Of a stretch of 28,979 nucleotides of DNA, positions 18,208 to 28,097 are shown in pieces. The position numbers and the translations under genes were made by a program. Source of the stretch: Hormoscilla sp. GTDB lineage: Bacteria > Cyanobacteriota > Cyanobacteriia > Cyanobacteriales > Desertifilaceae. How positions within the stretch are numbered: the first letter of the stretch is position 1; each line of letters begins with the position of its first letter. The DNA lies in NCBI GenBank assembly GCA_051439505.1, contig JBFRWI010000013.1, positions 1-28,979 of the forward strand. The letters run 5' to 3'. The notes beneath the pieces were generated by a model. That model made no database searches. It saw only the letters and a list, made by a program, of their open reading frames with translations, and was not told where the DNA came from.

Positions 18208-18720
18208 TCAACTGTCAAGATCCACATAGTCCTGAATGTTCTCCGGTTCAAACTGGCGCAGGATGCTGGTCGCCTTACGGGTGAGACTTCCAGCCCCCTG
18301 GACCACAATCAGGTACTTGCCAGCATTCAGGCGATTGCGGTAGGGTAAGGCATCGCCACTACCAGTGACTAAGCCCACCCCGCCACCGACAACAGCAGCA
18401 CCCATAGCCCCAGATGCAGCACCTAACAAGCCCCCAATTAGATGATTGCCCAGTTCGCCCGCCCAGGCAAAGGTATTTAAGCCGGTGATGAGACTGAAGG
18501 TGGCCCCACCGAAAAAGCCAAAGGGGACTAGCCAGTATGACATCAGTCTCGCTCGCTTCACCGCTTGCTGATTGGGGTCAATCAGACCAAACTCATCCGC
18601 ACTCTTGTACCCCCTCCCCAGGATCGTAACTTGGGACAGGGGGAAACCCTCCTTTTCCAGAGCCGAGTAGGCCGCTTCTGCCTGAATGCGATCGCTTAAC
18701 ACTGCAATGAGATAATTCAT
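18208..18720 (-). CDS. Conserved cyanobacterial-type membrane protein
   Basis: AEAAYSALEKEG N-terminal alpha/beta unit, two Gly-rich TM segments, YRNRLNAGKYLIVV. Confidence 0.8.
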   Translation of the reverse strand: MNYLIAVLSDRIQAEAAYSALEKEGFPLSQVTILGRGYKSADEFGLIDPNQQAVKRARLMSYWLVPFGFFGGATFSLITGLNTFAWAGELGNHLIGGLLGAASGAMGAAVVGGGVGLVTGSGDALPYRNRLNAGKYLIVVQGAGSLTRKATSILRQFEPENIQDYVDLDS

Positions 18721-18906
18721 TATTGAGATTGCACAATTGATTAAAGAGTCGAAATCTAAAAAAATCTAGTGGTATCCTCACGACCACTTTAGCGTTAAAA
18801 TATCCTACTATTGTGACTGGTGGCCAGATCTGCTATTACCCCTGGCGGGTCGGCCCCGGCTATTTGTAGTCAAATATCCGACTAACGCATCAACGAAAAC
18901 CAGACC

Positions 18907-20487
18907 ATGCCGAAAGTTCTAGTCTCTGACTCTATTGACCAAACTGGAATCGATATCCTCTCCCAAGTTGCCCAGGTAGATATTAAAACCGGTCTGCCGC
19001 CGGCGGAATTAGTCAAAATTATCCCCGAGTACGACGCCCTCATGATCCGATCGGGGACTCGCGTCACTCAGGAAGTGATTGAAGCTGGAGAACAGCTGAA
19101 AATCATTGGCCGCGCCGGTGTGGGCGTGGATAATGTGGATGTCCCAGCTGCTACCCGTAAAGGAATTGTCGTCGTCAACTCCCCCGAAGGCAATACTATA
19201 GCTGCCGCCGAACATGCCCTGGCCCTGATGCTGTCTCTCTCGCGCCACATTCCCCAAGCATACCAGTCGGTCAAAAACGGTAAATGGGACCGTAAAAAAT
19301 TTGTCGGTACTGAGGTATATAAGAAAACTCTAGGCGTAGTTGGCTTGGGGAAAATTGGCTCCCATGTGGCCACCGCAGCCAAAGCGATGGGTATGAAACT
19401 GTTGGCTTACGATCCCTTTATCTCCAGGGAACGAGCCGATCAGCTAAACTGCCGTCTAGTAGAAATGGACGTACTGCTACAAGAAGCAGACTACATCACC
19501 CTTCATATCCCCAAAACACCGGAAACGGCTAACCTGATCGATGCCGCAGCTTTGGCGAAAATGAAGCCAACGGCTCGGATTATTAACTGTGCTCGGGGTG
19601 GTATCATCGATGAGGGGGCCCTGGCAGAGGCCATCAAATCAGGTAAACTTGCTGGTGCTGCCCTAGATGTTTATAAAACGGAACCTTTAGGTGACTCGCC
19701 CTTGCGGGACATTGAGAAAGGGGTTGTCCTCACTCCCCACCTGGGAGCATCTACCGCTGAAGCTCAACAGAATGTGGCCGTGGATGTGGCCGAGCAAATT
19801 CGAGATGTGCTGCTGGGCCTACCCGCCCGTACAGCAGTGAATATTCCCGGACTGCACCCCGATGCCCTCGAACAGCTGAGACCTTACTTGCAATTGGCGG
19901 AAACTCTGGGTAATCTGGTAGGCCAATTGGCTGGAGGTAGGGTTGATTTTCTGGAGGTGCGCCTGCAAGGAGAATTGGCAACTAATCAAAGTCAGCCAGT
20001 GGTGGTAGCGGCCCTGAAGGGCCTGCTGTCTCAAGCTTTGCGCGAGCGGGTTAATTATGTCAATGCTAACATTGAAGCCACCGAACGAGGAATTCACGTG
20101 GTTGAAACCCGAGATCCCTCCAAAAAAGATTACACTGGCTCTTTGCATCTGGAAGCTAAAGGTTCTTTGGGAGATCATAAAGTCATGGGGGCTTTGTTGG
20201 GAGATGGTGAAATTCGCATCACCAATGTGGATGATTTCCCGATCAACGTTCCTCCCAGTCACTATATGCTGTTCACCCGCCACCGGGATATGCCCGGGCT
20301 GATTGGTAAGATCGGTTCCCTGCTGGGCAGTTTTAATGTCAATATCGCTAGTATGCAGGTCGGTCGCCAAATTGTGCGCGGTGATGCTGTGATGGTGTTG
20401 AGTCTCGATGACCCTCTACCAGAAGGGATTTTGGATGAGATCTCAAAGGTTCCAGGAATTCGCGATGCCTACACGGTGACTCTGTGA
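18907..20487 (+). CDS. serA: D-3-phosphoglycerate dehydrogenase
   Basis: GRAGVGVDN, GVVGLGKIG, INCARGG, TPHLGAST, C-terminal ACT domain HRDMPGLIG. Confidence 0.98.
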   Translation: MPKVLVSDSIDQTGIDILSQVAQVDIKTGLPPAELVKIIPEYDALMIRSGTRVTQEVIEAGEQLKIIGRAGVGVDNVDVPAATRKGIVVVNSPEGNTIAAAEHALALMLSLSRHIPQAYQSVKNGKWDRKKFVGTEVYKKTLGVVGLGKIGSHVATAAKAMGMKLLAYDPFISRERADQLNCRLVEMDVLLQEADYITLHIPKTPETANLIDAAALAKMKPTARIINCARGGIIDEGALAEAIKSGKLAGAALDVYKTEPLGDSPLRDIEKGVVLTPHLGASTAEAQQNVAVDVAEQIRDVLLGLPARTAVNIPGLHPDALEQLRPYLQLAETLGNLVGQLAGGRVDFLEVRLQGELATNQSQPVVVAALKGLLSQALRERVNYVNANIEATERGIHVVETRDPSKKDYTGSLHLEAKGSLGDHKVMGALLGDGEIRITNVDDFPINVPPSHYMLFTRHRDMPGLIGKIGSLLGSFNVNIASMQVGRQIVRGDAVMVLSLDDPLPEGILDEISKVPGIRDAYTVTL

Positions 20488-20715
20488 AACAATGGATGGA
20501 TTGGGAGATCGACTTGGGATCTGGATGAAGTGTTAAGGGGTACACATTTTTCCAGAACTCGACAGATATAGTCCCTTCCTACTCGATCGATAGCATCACG
20601 ATTGATGGGGTGCAACTCAGAAGAGCTGCCAAATGTCTGGCAATCTCTTCTGAGTGCATCGAAAATGGGATATGATTGACATAAGAGTGTGCTGGATGAG
20701 GGGCTTGGCGCGATT

Positions 20716-21609
20716 TTGGCAAATCATTGGTGGGAAATTCAGATTTTCTGTGAACCAGTTTGGGAAGATTTAATCTTCTGGCGTCTGGAAAAGTTTGGCT
20801 GTAAAGGGACAAGCAGTGAAATCAAAGGCAATGCTCTGAGCGTGAAAGCTTATTTGCCTCAAGAAGATGCTCAACTGCTAGACTTGGCGGCTCTGTCTCT
20901 TTGGCTGCAACAGGATGCCCAGATGGTTTCGGGTACGATGCCGGCAGTGCAGTGGCATCTGATCGATGAGGAAGACTGGGCGAGCAGCTGGAAGCAATAT
21001 TGGCATCCTCAAGAAATAGGCGATCGCTTTTTAATCTACCCGGCCTGGTTGCCCGTGCCCGGGGAATCGGACCGGTTGATATTGCGCTTGGATCCAGGAG
21101 CGGCTTTTGGTACGGGGGGTCACGTGACAACTCAGCTATGTCTAGAAGCTTTGGAAATGCGTCTGGGTGCAGATGGGGCAGATAGCACGATAGTTGCAGA
21201 TATTGGCTGCGGTTCGGGCATTCTCTCTATTGCTGCTATTCTCTTGGGTGCGACGAAAATATATGCTGTTGATATTGACCCTATGGCAGTGCGTGCGACT
21301 CGCAGCAATGGCCATCTCAATCAGATCGGTCATGAATTGCTCGATGTCAAGCGCGGTACGGTCTCACGCCTGCTGGAAATGACTAAGGGTCCGGTTGATG
21401 GGATTGTCTGCAATATTCTCGCAGAAGTTATTATTGAAATTGTACCCCAGTTAGAGGCTCTGGTTAAACCTAGCACTTGGGGCATTATTAGTGGCGTCCT
21501 GTTGGAGCAAGTAAAACCTGTGGCCGATACTCTGGAGCAACATGGCTGGATTGTCGCAACTCTCTGGCGTCGCCGAGAATGGTGTTGCTTTAATATTCGC
21601 CGCTCTTGA
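20716..21609 (+). CDS. prmA: Ribosomal protein L11 methyltransferase
   Basis: [42 protein letters not shown] 20716 is the likely start. Confidence 0.95.
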   Translation: MANHWWEIQIFCEPVWEDLIFWRLEKFGCKGTSSEIKGNALSVKAYLPQEDAQLLDLAALSLWLQQDAQMVSGTMPAVQWHLIDEEDWASSWKQYWHPQEIGDRFLIYPAWLPVPGESDRLILRLDPGAAFGTGGHVTTQLCLEALEMRLGADGADSTIVADIGCGSGILSIAAILLGATKIYAVDIDPMAVRATRSNGHLNQIGHELLDVKRGTVSRLLEMTKGPVDGIVCNILAEVIIEIVPQLEALVKPSTWGIISGVLLEQVKPVADTLEQHGWIVATLWRRREWCCFNIRRS

Positions 21610-21813
21610 ATGGGCCGGAACGGGCGTAGATATAGCCGATCGGGTAAAATAGGTTAACTATGACCATTAGTCCAATCGAGATATCCGACTGGAAGCGGTC
21701 CCGATCGCAGTCAAAAAATGGGCGAGATTAGATTCGGGAGATCGGGAGCGCCGAAATCCTTTTGTTTGTCGGTTGTCCGCTAACAAATAACCACCACTAA
21801 CAACTAATAAATA

Positions 21814-24531
21814 TTAAGTGAGGGCGGTTAAGTAAATGTCAGCGATTTGAGCAATATCCCTAGCCCGATCGGTCCCATTGACAATACGTCGGGCGCCCTC
21901 AAAATCTTGCTCTCGATCATTAATGAAGTCATTCAGGGCCCATCCGGTAAAGGTGCCATCGCGCATACCTTGAACCAAGATTGTAGCGGCAATTTCGGGT
22001 TCGGATGCTCTGTCTGGGAAATTCACGAGGTCGATCCCCAGGCGATCGGACCAATCGGTATAATTATTTCGTCCCGTGATTTGCACGTAACCGCGTCCTT
22101 TATATCGCGGTCCATCTCCGGGATAGATATTTCCCAGATCGACTCGACCTTCATATTGCCAACCATTTGACAATTCTTCCATCCATTGTCCGAGGCGAGA
22201 TTCATGTTCGGTGGTAGCTAGAATATAGGCGATCTGTGCGGGATCTGTGATGCCACTTGCTTGAATCTCGGCCAGGATTAGAGGAATGGACTCTTCAGCA
22301 TAGGGAAGCATTGAGTTGAGCACAACGCTGAAAATTTCATCTAGGTTAAAGAGATTGTTATCGCCAATGGTGATGACATCAGATCCGCCGATGACTTCCA
22401 CGAAGCTGGAACTAGCAGCAACGTAGCCGTGGGTGCCGTCTTTGGTGATAATTTCATACCAATCTGGGTTTTGCCAGTCGCCAAGGGAGTCAACTTGTTG
22501 GATAATGGTGAAGGTTTCATTAGTGTCTAAATCACCGATATCCTGAGAGTATTGTGAGGGATTCTCTCTGAGATTCATGCCATAGGGATAGACGACCCGA
22601 CCTTTTTCGATGATTTCGACAAAGTCGGCAGCGACGTAACCAAGCTGACCGTTATTGGCGATCGCCCGGTACCATTCAGGGTAATTGACATCATCAGGGG
22701 AGTCAACTTGTTGGAGAATAGTGAAGGTTTCACCCGCACTGAATCCGCTGATGGGGCTATTGTACAGACTCGATGGTCTGTACCTGACATTTACCCAATC
22801 GGAATCAACAACTTGACCTGTACGTGGAGTTTCTGACAGGACAACGTCAATGGCAGAACTGCTAAAATGATCGTAGTATTGAACGTAGAAATCGTACTGG
22901 TCGGAGTCGGGTGCATTCAGCAGCTGGCCCCATGTAGGATCTGCGGTACCTCGAACCCGCCAATCGCCATCTAGTTCTGTAAGAATTTCCCCTGTTTGAG
23001 GGTTTTGGAATCGGAACCTGGTGCCATCATCCGAGTCGCTAGTGAGTTTGTAGAATTTGCCTGCTTCTAGCTGGATGCGCGTCCAAGCTTCTAGGGCAAA
23101 GAAATCGTTCTGCACTCCCCCAGGACTGCCGAAACCATAATTCCGATTCAGGCGGGCGATGACTTGACTATTAGTGCTTTGGGGTCCGAGGTCTTCGACG
23201 GCAGCGGGTTGGCTGAAATTGTAGCTATTGTAATCGGCGACGTTCCCAAAGCTGCGATTGATGAAGCTGGCATGCCAGTGGTTAGTGGAAATTCCCGATC
23301 GGGGTGGATTGTTTACTTCCTCATGTACTTTGATATTTTTAAAGAAACTTTCTGCTGGACGGTTGGTAATTCGATCGTGGTCGTGGACAAAGGTGAGATA
23401 GTTCATAAAGCCCGTGTAAAACTGCCCGACCGGTATTCGGTAATGCTGCCAATTTCCAGCGCTGTAGTCTTTGAAGTCACTGATGCCCCAATTTTGGGTG
23501 CCGTACAGCTGAAAATTTTGATCTCGACTGATGGAGTTATCGTTGTCAAAGCCAATTCCTTGGATTTCTCCTTGGACAGGACTTTTGAAGTCAAATTCTA
23601 AGATGGTTTTGGGGGTGATGCTGTAGGGGAAGTCGATTTTCTTCCATCCGTTGCCAGTCAGGTGTAATGTATTGCCACCATCTTCAATGCTGACAGTGGG
23701 GTTGCGGTTCTGGCGCGAGTCGTAAACTTGAATCCAGTAGTCCCGGAAATTCAGGGGAGTTGATGAGAGTTCGATCTCAACTTCTTCTCCATTTATCTCA
23801 ACTGTTGCTAGATCGTTCTCACTTTTGAGATCTTCCAGTTCCCGATCGGATAACTCTACTCCTTGGGCGATCACGGCCCAAATTGCGCCTTCATCTCCAA
23901 GGGCGTCCGTGTAATTTATCTGGGAGTCGAGATAATGTCCAATTTCTTCCAGCAGCACTGTGGCGATCGCCTCTGGGTTAGCAGCATGCTGGGCGATGTA
24001 TTCCTGGGACAGATAAATAATGTTATTGAGACTATCGAAAGCGCCATTAGCTCCATTAATGGCCGCAGCGGGCAGAATCTGTATTGGCGGGATATCATTG
24101 AAGTTGCTGAGGGCAAAGTCTTGGGCGATCGCCCTAAGTTCCTGGCGATCGAAGCTGTTGCCAAAAGCTAGGGAAACCTTGGCTGTAAAATCTGGAGTAT
24201 CGGCAAATGCCTGAAGCAGATCGGAGACTTGTTGCCAAGCTTGCCGTACAATTGGTAGAGATTGTTCTGTTAATGGATCTATTATAGATGATATATCTTC
24301 CGTGCTGTCGGTGGGGGTTCCTAGGGTCAGCAGATCGGGAGTCTGGGGAAGGATACTATTGTCAATACTGGATGATTGAGTAGGGATGTTAATTTCAGAA
24401 GTTGCGCCTCCCCCCACGGGAGGGATACTATTCAATGTTGAGTAAGGGAGTTCTACAGTCCCAAGTTCGATCCTGGGGTAGATATCTAAATCGATCGGGT
24501 TATTATCAGGTGCGAGGAAATCTATAGACAT
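21814..24531 (-). CDS. 905-aa multidomain protein: LEEIGH zincin-like domain, beta-sandwich, PA14-like, 2x SH3b, C-terminal GH19/lysozyme-like domain
   Basis: ANGAF...VLLEEIGH...GDEG; NDFF...SDDG; VNVRYRPS/MNLRENPS...WY...GYVAA repeats; IAYILATTEHES...YKGRGYVQITGRNNY...ARRIVNG. Confidence 0.85.
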   Translation of the reverse strand: MSIDFLAPDNNPIDLDIYPRIELGTVELPYSTLNSIPPVGGGATSEINIPTQSSSIDNSILPQTPDLLTLGTPTDSTEDISSIIDPLTEQSLPIVRQAWQQVSDLLQAFADTPDFTAKVSLAFGNSFDRQELRAIAQDFALSNFNDIPPIQILPAAAINGANGAFDSLNNIIYLSQEYIAQHAANPEAIATVLLEEIGHYLDSQINYTDALGDEGAIWAVIAQGVELSDRELEDLKSENDLATVEINGEEVEIELSSTPLNFRDYWIQVYDSRQNRNPTVSIEDGGNTLHLTGNGWKKIDFPYSITPKTILEFDFKSPVQGEIQGIGFDNDNSISRDQNFQLYGTQNWGISDFKDYSAGNWQHYRIPVGQFYTGFMNYLTFVHDHDRITNRPAESFFKNIKVHEEVNNPPRSGISTNHWHASFINRSFGNVADYNSYNFSQPAAVEDLGPQSTNSQVIARLNRNYGFGSPGGVQNDFFALEAWTRIQLEAGKFYKLTSDSDDGTRFRFQNPQTGEILTELDGDWRVRGTADPTWGQLLNAPDSDQYDFYVQYYDHFSSSAIDVVLSETPRTGQVVDSDWVNVRYRPSSLYNSPISGFSAGETFTILQQVDSPDDVNYPEWYRAIANNGQLGYVAADFVEIIEKGRVVYPYGMNLRENPSQYSQDIGDLDTNETFTIIQQVDSLGDWQNPDWYEIITKDGTHGYVAASSSFVEVIGGSDVITIGDNNLFNLDEIFSVVLNSMLPYAEESIPLILAEIQASGITDPAQIAYILATTEHESRLGQWMEELSNGWQYEGRVDLGNIYPGDGPRYKGRGYVQITGRNNYTDWSDRLGIDLVNFPDRASEPEIAATILVQGMRDGTFTGWALNDFINDREQDFEGARRIVNGTDRARDIAQIADIYLTALT

Positions 24532-24914
24532 GGAACTTTTCTCCTACAGTTGTGAGAACAGTGACTGTGGATATAGATTTGAGTTCCCAGCTATTGCATT
24601 TGAATTGGTAGTGATTTTTTCTCAGAAGAGTCACTGACTGGGGAGACAGAATTAAGTTCCCACTAACTGCACTTAAATTTGGAGTGATTGTCTCGATTTT
24701 GGTCGAGAGTAGATGTCTGTGTTATACTGACAATGTTTTTCTCTGTCAGTCAGAAAAAAAGTTGTTGGTGGCAATGCTAGGCAGGGACAAAACGAACAGC
24801 TGCGAAAACTGCTATAGTAGGAAAAAGGCGATGGGGGCGATCGCGCGCTGGAAAAACAATAGGCGATCTGATAAAATATAGATAGATAAAGGTATTGGTA
24901 TCGGGAAGCAAATC

Positions 24915-25286
24915 ATGCCGGAAATTACAGCAGAACAGATGGCAATCTACCGCGCAGCTGCACGGCGACGCCAGCAGCAAAAAGAACGGAGATTAGAATG
25001 GCGGCATCAGCGCGGTTGGGAAGTGGCAAGTCAGGGGGCGCAGTTGCTAAAAGAACATTTTCAGGCTCGAAAAGTGGTGCTGTTTGGTTCTTTGCTATAT
25101 CCCAAATATATTCACGATCGCACGGATGTAGACTTAGCGGTTTGGGGAATCTCGGAACGCCTGTATTACCGAGCAGTTTCTCGACTTCTGGATATCGATC
25201 CCGAATTTAGTGTAGACTTAGTAGAAGCGGAAATAGCACCACCGCATTTGCTGGCAGTAATCGAGAGTGAGGGGGTAGAATTGTGA
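24915..25286 (+). CDS. Minimal nucleotidyltransferase (MNT antitoxin), no intact HEPN partner
   Basis: VVLFGSL...TDVDLAVWG...VDLV...EGVEL. Confidence 0.88.
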   Translation: MPEITAEQMAIYRAAARRRQQQKERRLEWRHQRGWEVASQGAQLLKEHFQARKVVLFGSLLYPKYIHDRTDVDLAVWGISERLYYRAVSRLLDIDPEFSVDLVEAEIAPPHLLAVIESEGVEL

Positions 25287-25303
25287 GAGAAGATGCAGCA
25301 GTT

Positions 25304-25909
25304 TTAATCAGACTGGATCATCCAAACTAAAAACCCTAAAATTTGCGCCACTGGGGGTAATGGATAATCGGTCAGATCGATTGTCACTGTCTGTTCGCAA
25401 AGCTGGAGAAACCGCCATTGAGTCCCACTGGTAATGCTGCCATAAATTTTCGGCAGCGATCGCCCCTTAGCTTGATTAAATTTTTGGACGGCAACCATTT
25501 CGGCGATACATTGTCCCAAACCAGCTTTGAGGTCTTCTTTTTTCGCTTCTACTACCACAATTACCGGCGCTTCCAGCTCAAGCTGTAAGGGAGAACGACT
25601 AATTAAAAAATCACATACTCCTGTTAGTCCGACACTCGGCTCTACTGTTAAGTCTTCTCCCGAAAATACACTTATTTGTTGTTCTAATATTCGCCTCACT
25701 TCCAGTAGTACTGGGTTGATTATCGCTTCAGAACGGGCCTTTTCTGTACTGACTGCGATCGCCCAGGGGACAGAATTTGCCAGCAACGCTTCTAATACGG
25801 GACTGGGTTGAATTGGCGCAACATCAGGGAAAAACCGCACTCTTTCTCTAATAGTGAGATCGAATGCTTCTTTCACTTTGCTGATACTCGTGAATTGACT
25901 GTAGGACAT
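25304..25909 (-). CDS. PD-(D/E)XK restriction-endonuclease-like hypothetical protein
   Basis: EKARSE...GVCDFLIS...VVEAKK...GQCIAEM...TSGTQWRF. Confidence 0.75.
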   Translation of the reverse strand: MSYSQFTSISKVKEAFDLTIRERVRFFPDVAPIQPSPVLEALLANSVPWAIAVSTEKARSEAIINPVLLEVRRILEQQISVFSGEDLTVEPSVGLTGVCDFLISRSPLQLELEAPVIVVVEAKKEDLKAGLGQCIAEMVAVQKFNQAKGRSLPKIYGSITSGTQWRFLQLCEQTVTIDLTDYPLPPVAQILGFLVWMIQSD

Positions 25910-26022
25910 AAAACTTGCTCTTATCTTTAATTATAATTAGATTATACCACAATATTTACTATATTTGGTCGTGGAATATTTGTTTCCATATTCAGACTAA
26001 ATTTTCCGGTAATTATGCGGAA

Positions 26023-26208
26023 ATGGAACTGATTGAAAAAATCCGCAGTTTACCACCTGAGAAAGTGGTGGAAGTAGAAGATTTTGTGGATTTTTTGTTA
26101 CAACGATATGAAGATCGTCCCTTAGTTCGTGCAGCCGCCAAGCTGTCGGAAGAATCTCTGGCGCGTGTCTGGGATAACCATTCCGATGCTGCATATGACA
26201 AGTTATAA
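26023..26208 (+). CDS. DUF2281-like antitoxin
   Basis: IRSLPPEKVVEVEDFVDFL...SEESLARVWDN...AAYDKL; start uncertain. Confidence 0.78.
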   Translation: MELIEKIRSLPPEKVVEVEDFVDFLLQRYEDRPLVRAAAKLSEESLARVWDNHSDAAYDKL

Positions 26209-26215
26209 GTTCGGT
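26195..26215 (+). pseudogene. Stub of a PemK/MazF-like toxin (MTSYKFG)
   Basis: ATG overlaps the antitoxin 3' end; matches the usual MTxYxFGDVVLVPFPF start, then diverges and stops. Confidence 0.6.
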
Positions 26216-26352
26216 ACTAGGCGGATGAACTATTGAAGGTAATGATCGATGGTCAAAATAGCGATCGCATTCTATGCCCGATCGCCTCTGTTGCGCTCAA
26301 TTCTAGAATTACCTCGATACTGCTATTGGTAAGGCGATCGACTGAGCTGTTT

Positions 26353-26577
26353 TCACTCTGTTTTCCATTCTGTTTCGGGAATATCGGCACTTATCATAAT
26401 GTTCCGTAGGGTGCCGATGGGCAGATCTCGTCCTTTGTGATAGGGGACGATCGCCTGAATTTTGCATTCGGGATTTCGCCATTTCCGATGACTCCCTTTC
26501 TGGGATATTAATTCAAATCCATATCGCGCTAATATTCGTTCGACATCATCGGCATTCATTCGTAGAATACGACTCAT
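26353..26577 (-). CDS. hicA: HicA-family mRNA interferase toxin
   Basis: ILARYGF...SQKGSHRKW...IVPYH...LPIGTLRNI; ATG 26577 in ATGA overlap with the original hicB stop. Confidence 0.9.
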   Translation of the reverse strand: MSRILRMNADDVERILARYGFELISQKGSHRKWRNPECKIQAIVPYHKGRDLPIGTLRNIMISADIPETEWKTE

Positions 26578-26777
26578 CCTACCGATACCTCTCGTCAAAT
26601 TGCGCCTGATGTTAATTCGATGGGATCTGGTTCTAGATAAAGCGCGATCGCCTCACGAATATTTTCTAAGGCTTCTTCCTCCGTCTCCCCTGCTGACACG
26701 CAACCGGGTAATTCCGGACACCATACCGCCCAATCCCCCGTTTCCGAATCTCTTTCAAGAATAACACGCCATTTCAT
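26574..26777 (-). CDS. hicB: Short HicB-family antitoxin with a premature TGA 7 codons before the original stop
   Basis: WCPELPGCVSAGETEEEALENIREAIALYLE...GAI*REVSVG*; TGA at 26597-26595. Confidence 0.85.
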
Positions 26778-27164
26778 AAGCTTTGTGCATTTTATTTACA
26801 TAAATAGAAAAGCGTCAGCCTAGCGATCCATGATTTGCCATCTTTCGCCTGCATAGCACTTTCGATCCTCACTAGCTCTACTCCTTTCCCAGTCTTTTCT
26901 TAGCTTAACCCATTGGACTGCCTCCTGTCAAGTGTATGACAAAATTTTTTTGATAATTTTCCTGTCTGGTATACTCGAACGTACCACATCCCGATCGCAT
27001 GGGGTGGCGGGCGATCGGGGTTTGCCCGGCAGCGCCTGTGGAGGAAATAGAATTGGCTAATTGGGAATGGTCTATACCCTGAGTTTTTTTCAAAGATGTC
27101 AGATAACATGCAGATATGTTATCATGGGACTATCTGTAAAATGTCAGCCCTCAAAGAACAGCTC

Positions 27165-27457
27165 ATGAACATACAGTTGACAGCTGAACTGGATTTGTCC
27201 AGTCAACAGTCCACAGCGGTAGGTACTCGGACCCTTACGAAGTAGTTCGCACTGCTTTGCAGTTGCTAGAAGAACGCGAAATGGAACGCTTAGTGGGACT
27301 ATCAAAAGTCAGCAAATCACAGTATAACGCTTGGGGAAAGCTGACGACTAAAGAATCAATTTATACTGCAATTGCCAGCATGCGAAAACTACGGCAAGAA
27401 GTGGGATTGTCGAAAAAATCAATCCGTGAAATGATTGCAGAGGGGAGAAGGTATTAG
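27165..27457 (+). pseudogene. ParD-like RHH antitoxin, frameshifted
   Basis: MNIQLTAEL(fs ~27193)FVQSTVHSGRYSDPYEVVRTALQLLEER...SIREMIAEGRRY*. Confidence 0.75.
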
Positions 27458-27459
27458 AG

Positions 27460-27483
27460 ATGCAGTTTGTATTGAAACCGTGA
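27460..27483 (+). pseudogene. Stub of a VapC/PIN toxin (MQFVL)
   Basis: ATG 2 nt after the antitoxin stop with AGGGGAG upstream; MQFVL then KP* where the conserved PIN Asp should follow. Confidence 0.6.
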
Positions 27484-27576
27484 AACTCCCGATCGCGAGA
27501 GGAAGTTTTGTCAGAGGGATTATGTGTTAGAATAGGAATGTAACAATTAATTGTGGTCCAAGCAAGAGGTAGTTGA

Positions 27577-27795
27577 ATGGAAACAGCACAAATCGTCACC
27601 CTCTCTAGCATAAGATACCTTTCTATAGAAGAGTTTCTCAACCAACTGCGCCAACAAGAAGCGATCGCCGTACAATTCCCTGACGGAGAGTCAATGATCG
27701 TACAGGCAAAACAGGAACTAGAACCTTTACCGATATTGGATGGCTACGTGCCCGAGGGTTGGAAAGCGGTTTACGCGGAAGCTTCTACTATTTGA
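27577..27795 (+). CDS. Small antitoxin-like hypothetical protein, 3' end overlapped by the convergent gene
   Basis: GAGGT RBS; IAVQFPDGESMIV...LEPLPILDGYVPEGWK. Confidence 0.6.
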   Translation: METAQIVTLSSIRYLSIEEFLNQLRQQEAIAVQFPDGESMIVQAKQELEPLPILDGYVPEGWKAVYAEASTI

Positions 27796-28097
27796 TAAGT
27801 TCCCTGTTTGAGCGTTGTCTGCACCCAGTACAGCCACTCAAGGTAAGATATCCCATACCTGCTGGGGTCGTAGTTGCAACTCATGTCGCATACTATAATA
27901 TCGCGTAGTTCTTCGGACGAAAGATTCATCTTGATTAGTTGCTCTATCTCCTTGATGGTTTGTTGGGTAGATGGAAAATTGGTTTCTTTCATGTAGTTGC
28001 GTATTACTCCCAGAGCATCATCAGCCTCAAGATCCCAGTCTTGATGGAAGTAAGCGCCGAAAAATTGGGCAAGGTTGGGTAATTGATCTACAATCAT
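27771..28097 (-). CDS. CdiI-type (CdiI_2-like) immunity protein
   Basis: LAQFFGAYFHQDW...WL motif; ATGA overlap with the upstream toxin. Confidence 0.82.
   Translation of the reverse strand: MIVDQLPNLAQFFGAYFHQDWDLEADDALGVIRNYMKETNFPSTQQTIKEIEQLIKMNLSSEELRDIIVCDMSCNYDPSRYGISYLEWLYWVQTTLKQGTYQIVEASA

Noticed and set aside
21814..24531. Prophage endolysin
   Set aside because: No holin, structural or integrase genes nearby; the architecture resembles cyanobacterial extracellular proteins
1406..26597. TGA recoding/readthrough suggested by two in-frame TGAs (1406, 26595)
   Set aside because: serA, prmA, the MscS gene and others end normally in TGA, and a third lesion is TAA; simple mutation suffices
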